The translations under genes and the position numbers were made by a program. Shown here one piece after another: positions 60,149 to 64,000 of a stretch of DNA of 64,000 nucleotides (position 1 is the stretch's first letter; every line of letters begins with the position of its first letter). This DNA is from Candidatus Moranbacteria bacterium GW2011_GWC2_40_12 (GTDB taxonomy: Bacteria; Patescibacteriota; Minisyncoccia; Moranbacterales; UBA11712). The stretch spans positions 12,923 to 76,922 of the forward strand of contig LBYD01000001.1 of NCBI GenBank assembly GCA_000995965.1, written 5' to 3'. Below the pieces are notes generated by a model. That model was not told where the DNA came from. It ran no database searches and saw nothing but the letters and a program-made list of their open reading frames with translations.

Positions 60149-60870
60149 TTACCGGCTAAACAAATTATACTTAATTATGCACCAAATGGCTTCAATTCCG
60201 TCTTTCCAGCCGATTTTCTTTCCTTCCTTGTATGTCCGGCCGGAATAAGAGATTCCGACTTCATAAACGCGACAGGCTCCCTTTTTATTCAGTTTCGCAA
60301 CTTTTGCCACAATCTCCGGCTCAATTCCGAATCTTTTCGATTTCAGTTGATGCTTTATTTGTTGCAGAATTTCTTTTGTAAATACTTTGTAGCCGGACTC
60401 AATGTCAGTAAGGTTCAGATTGGTCAGGATATTTGAAAAATTAGTGATAATTTTGTTGCCGACATAATGCCAAAAATACAAAACTCGATGCGGCCGATGG
60501 CTCAAAAACCTTGAAGTGAAAACGGCATCAGCTTTTCCATCCAGTACCGGTTGAATAATTTCCGAATATTCGTTCGGATCGTATTCAAGATCTGCGTCCT
60601 GAATCACAATAATATCCCCCGTCACGTTTTGAAAACCGGTTTTAAGGGCGGCGCCTTTTCCTTTATTAATTTTGTGATGATGGATTTTGTGTCTATCTTT
60701 ATATTTCTCAAGAATTTCTTTTGATTTGTCGCTGGAACAATCGTTCACCAGGATAATTTCTTTTTCCAGATGAAAAGTATCCGCATTTTCAACGGCAGAG
60801 ATGATTTTCTCGAGAGTTTTTTCTTCATTAAAATCGGAACGACTATGCTGATTTTGGAAAAATTTTTCAT
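60149..60870 (-). pseudogene. GT2 glycosyltransferase with a 1-nt deletion near 60830-60833
   Basis: MKNFSKISIVVPI joins FNEEKTL..VNDCSSD if one T is added; QDADLEY. Confidence 0.8.
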
Positions 60871-60997
60871 ATGCCGTGAAATAGGCTACTCTTCCATAAT
60901 AAATCTTTTTTCCGTAAAGCTCAAGCCAGCTCGGCCGGGCTTGCCCGAAACGGCCGCGTTGGCTAGTATATGGAGGTAATCAATAAACTTTGAACAC

Positions 60998-62293
60998 ATG
61001 AAAGTCTTTATCGTCGGGGTCGGCTATGTCGGCCTGGTAACAGCGGCATGTCTCGCGGAACTTGGCCACCAGGTTTGCGGGGCGGACATTGACGCGGAAA
61101 AAATTGAAAAACTCAAAAAAGGAGAATGTCCCATTTATGAGCCGGGCCTCGAAGCAATAATCAAAAAAAATATCAAAGCCGGCCGGGTCAAATTTCAGGT
61201 CGGAATCGACAAGAATATCAACAAGTTCGATCTGGCGATGATCGCCGTGGGCACTCCCGAAAGGGAATCCGACGGACGGGCGGATCTTTTCTACGTGAGC
61301 GAAACAGCGAAGCATGTCGCCCAGAACTGTTCGAAAAAGGATTTTGTGGTGATCGGAAAATCAACCGTTCCGATCGGAACTGCCATGCAAATCAGGCAGT
61401 CTCTGGCCACCTATAGCGGCGGAAAAACCCGTTTCCACGTCGGATCGAACCCGGAAACGCTTCGGGAGGGAAACGCCGTGTCCGATTTCATGAACCCGGA
61501 CCGGATCATCATCGGGGGCGATAAAAAAGCTCAAGTTGCGCTTCTCAAGCTCTACGAAAAAATAGACTGTCCTAAAATCGTCACGAACGCCCGGAGCGCG
61601 GAAATGATCAAGCTGGCGGCGAATTTCATGCTGGCGCTTCGCGTTTCGGCGACCAATATGCTTTCCCGAGTTTGCGACGTCACCGGAGCGGATATTGAAA
61701 AAGTGATGGAAGGCGTGGGGATGGATAAGCGCATCGGCCCGCAGTTTTTGAAAGCCGGAATCGGATACGGCGGATCATGTTTTCCGAAAGATACCAAGAG
61801 CATTCGCGCCATTTCAGACCATCATCGCCTGGACACTTCGATCTTTGACGCGGTGATAGGCATCAACGCCGATCAGAGAAAATGGTTCTGCCAGAAAGTG
61901 GATGAAATCACTTTGTTCACGCTGAAAAACAAAAAAGTCGCTGTTTGGGGATTGGCGTTCAAGCCTGATACCGATGACACCAGGGAAGCCCCGGCGGTTG
62001 ACGTGATCAAATGGCTTCTCGAAGAGGGGGCGCATGTCAATGTTTATGATCCGGTTGCCAGCGTGAAAAAAATATTCGGCAGCGAAATAAAGCACTGCCG
62101 CGATATGTATGAAGCGGCCGAAGATTCAGAAGTTTTGCTCGTTGTCACCGAATGGGACGAGTTCAAAAAAGCCGATCTCAAAAAAGTGAAAGAAAAAATG
62201 CTGGTTCCGAAAATTGTTGACGGAAGGAATGTTTATGACCCGAAAGCGGTGAGAAATTTGGGATTTGAGTATGTGAGTATGGGGAGGCCATAG
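60998..62293 (+). CDS. ugd: UDP-glucose 6-dehydrogenase
   Basis: GVGYVGL, VGTP, KSTVP, NPE.LREG, GYGGSCFPKD, FKPDTDD.RE. Confidence 0.95.
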   Translation: MKVFIVGVGYVGLVTAACLAELGHQVCGADIDAEKIEKLKKGECPIYEPGLEAIIKKNIKAGRVKFQVGIDKNINKFDLAMIAVGTPERESDGRADLFYVSETAKHVAQNCSKKDFVVIGKSTVPIGTAMQIRQSLATYSGGKTRFHVGSNPETLREGNAVSDFMNPDRIIIGGDKKAQVALLKLYEKIDCPKIVTNARSAEMIKLAANFMLALRVSATNMLSRVCDVTGADIEKVMEGVGMDKRIGPQFLKAGIGYGGSCFPKDTKSIRAISDHHRLDTSIFDAVIGINADQRKWFCQKVDEITLFTLKNKKVAVWGLAFKPDTDDTREAPAVDVIKWLLEEGAHVNVYDPVASVKKIFGSEIKHCRDMYEAAEDSEVLLVVTEWDEFKKADLKKVKEKMLVPKIVDGRNVYDPKAVRNLGFEYVSMGRP

Positions 62294-62353
62294 CTAAATT
62301 AAAAATGAAAAATGAAAAAGTAAAAATTTTTGTGTCCCGCCGTACGGGACGGA

Positions 62354-63304
62354 CTATTTTTGGCCATCTAAAACAGTCCGGAAATAATCTATTGTTTTCT
62401 TGAGGCCTTCTTCCAGTCTTATTTTCGGTTCCCAAGTCAGCTCTTTTTTTGCCAGCGAAATATCCGGTTTTCTTTGTTTCGGGTCGTCTTGAGGCAAATC
62501 TTGATAAACGATTTTGCTTTTGCTTTCGGGAAGCATTTCAAGAATTTTTTCGGCCAGTTCTTTCACGGTGAATTCGTCCGGGTTTCCTAGATTCACCGGG
62601 CCGAGAAAATTTTTTTCATTATCCATCATTTTTATGATTCCTGCGACAAGGTCGTCAATATACTGGAAACTTCTGGTTTGCATTCCGTCGCCATAGATGG
62701 TCAGATCTTCATTTTTGAGTGCCTGGGTGATGAAATTTGACACTACGCGGCCGTCATCGGGATCCATATTCGGTCCGTAGGTATTGAAAATTCGGACGAC
62801 GCGGATATCTGTTCCGTATTTTCGCTGATAATCAAAAAATAATGTTTCAGCGGCGCGTTTTCCTTCGTCATAGCAAGACCTCACTCCGATCGGATTGACG
62901 TTTCCCCAATAGCTTTCCGGCTGGGGATGAACTTTCGGATCGCCATAAACTTCGCTCGTGGAAGCTTGCATTATCCTGGCGTTATTTTTTCGGGCGAGTT
63001 CGAGCATATTGAGCGAACCTAAAATGGAAGTTTTCATCGTTTGGATAGGATCTTTTTGGTAGCGGGGCGGGGAGGCGGGGCAGGCAAAATTGAAAATCTG
63101 ATCGATTTTCTCTCCGGGCTCAAGCGGTTTTGCGATATCACGCTCAATAAATTTGAAATTTTGGTTCGTCAAAAAATCGGCGATATTTTCTTTCCGGCCG
63201 GTTGAAAAATCATCAACACAAATCACTTTGTGGCCATTGTCCAAAAAATGTTTGCAAAGGTGCGAGCCGATAAATCCCGCACCACCGGTGATAAGCATTC
63301 TCAT
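62354..63304 (-). CDS. uxs: UDP-glucuronate decarboxylase (UDP-xylose synthase)
   Basis: [43 protein letters not shown]. Confidence 0.93.
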   Translation of the reverse strand: MRMLITGGAGFIGSHLCKHFLDNGHKVICVDDFSTGRKENIADFLTNQNFKFIERDIAKPLEPGEKIDQIFNFACPASPPRYQKDPIQTMKTSILGSLNMLELARKNNARIMQASTSEVYGDPKVHPQPESYWGNVNPIGVRSCYDEGKRAAETLFFDYQRKYGTDIRVVRIFNTYGPNMDPDDGRVVSNFITQALKNEDLTIYGDGMQTRSFQYIDDLVAGIIKMMDNEKNFLGPVNLGNPDEFTVKELAEKILEMLPESKSKIVYQDLPQDDPKQRKPDISLAKKELTWEPKIRLEEGLKKTIDYFRTVLDGQK

Positions 63305-63361
63305 GTTTACTTTTGTTTATTTCTAAACTAAGATTATAAGCGTAAGCAGATTAATCTTATC

Positions 63362-64000
63362 ATGAATATAAGATATATCAAGGCACGGATTAAACGCTTC
63401 CTCAAAAAATACCGGGGACTTTCAAGGCTTTTGTGGGACGAATTCAAGTTCGGAGGTTTTTCCGACACGGTTTTCGCGGTGCGGCGGCATTTCAAAAAGC
63501 GGAAAGGGGAGTGGAAGGGAGGATATCCGGCGGCCGATGATTTTCAGAAAAATCTGGTGACCATCGCCATTCTTTCAAAAGACCATCTGGAGCTCTTGAA
63601 GACATGCCTTGAGTCTGTTGAGGCTAATTTAAGCCAAAAATATGATGTAGAAATTTTGGTCGGCGACACAGGAAGCCGCCAATGGAAAGTTTGGAAATTC
63701 TATCGCGAGGCCAGGAAAAAATGGAAAAATGTGAAAGTGGTGAAATTCCGGCGTTATTTTTTCTCAAAGAACTATAACCAGCTGATTGAAAATCACGCCA
63801 AGGGGGAATATCTGATACTTCTCAATAATGACACAATCGTGAAAGGAAACTGGATTGATGAACTGGTAGACCCTCTTCGAAACAAACAAATTGGGGCTGT
63901 TGGCGGAAAGCTTCTATATAAAGACGAGACAATCCAGCACGCAGGAATGGAATTTCAAGATAGCAACGCGATAGCAGTTTTTGCGAAAGAAAAAAAGGAT
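63362..64000 (+). CDS. GT2 glycosyltransferase, 3'-partial
   Basis: Hand translation: VTIAILSKD..GDTGS..FSKNYN..LLNNDT..GAVGGKLLY..IQHAG; open to the window edge. Confidence 0.88.
   Translation, partial: MNIRYIKARIKRFLKKYRGLSRLLWDEFKFGGFSDTVFAVRRHFKKRKGEWKGGYPAADDFQKNLVTIAILSKDHLELLKTCLESVEANLSQKYDVEILVGDTGSRQWKVWKFYREARKKWKNVKVVKFRRYFFSKNYNQLIENHAKGEYLILLNNDTIVKGNWIDELVDPLRNKQIGAVGGKLLYKDETIQHAGMEFQDSNAIAVFAKEKKD

Overview
This is bacterial chromosomal DNA, most likely from a CPR/Patescibacteria (Parcubacteria-like) genome, judging by gene content, a shortened 5S rRNA and an insertion-rich 23S gene unlinked from 16S; the taxonomy is inferred. 1-17.5 kb is housekeeping: trmD, ftsW-murG-patatin-murC-murB, a polyamine-type operon (DHS-like, speB, methyltransferase, PurD-like ATP-grasp), an ECF S-component, gyrB and secE-nusG-rplK-rplA. 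18.0-23.4 kb is a 23S-5S operon carrying three group I introns (E. coli positions ~1931, 1951, and 2656 in the sarcin-ricin loop; two encode LAGLIDADG endonucleases) and two intervening sequences. 23.5-31.3 kb holds dnaE, rnhB, rpmF and speD. 31.4-64 kb is a large surface-glycan region (wzm/wzt, sat/cysC, glycosyltransferases, epimerases, ugd, uxs) with an island between wzm and wzt. Main observations: (1) the L1931 intron has its guanosine-binding G-C pair replaced by a compensated U-A pair and ends in C, not G; (2) short membrane-peptide ORFs lie in excised parts of the pre-rRNA, one with a perfect Shine-Dalgarno; (3) an endonuclease-carrying intron splits the sarcin-ricin loop; (4) a putative nuclease gene faces a convergent ~58-nt RNA with a near-consensus promoter; (5) several small palindromic or heptamer element families abut start codons, nest in one another and occur in-frame in proteins. 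A 31-nt gap in the peptidyl transferase centre and two homopolymer frameshifts suggest possible assembly errors. All alignments and folds were done by eye.
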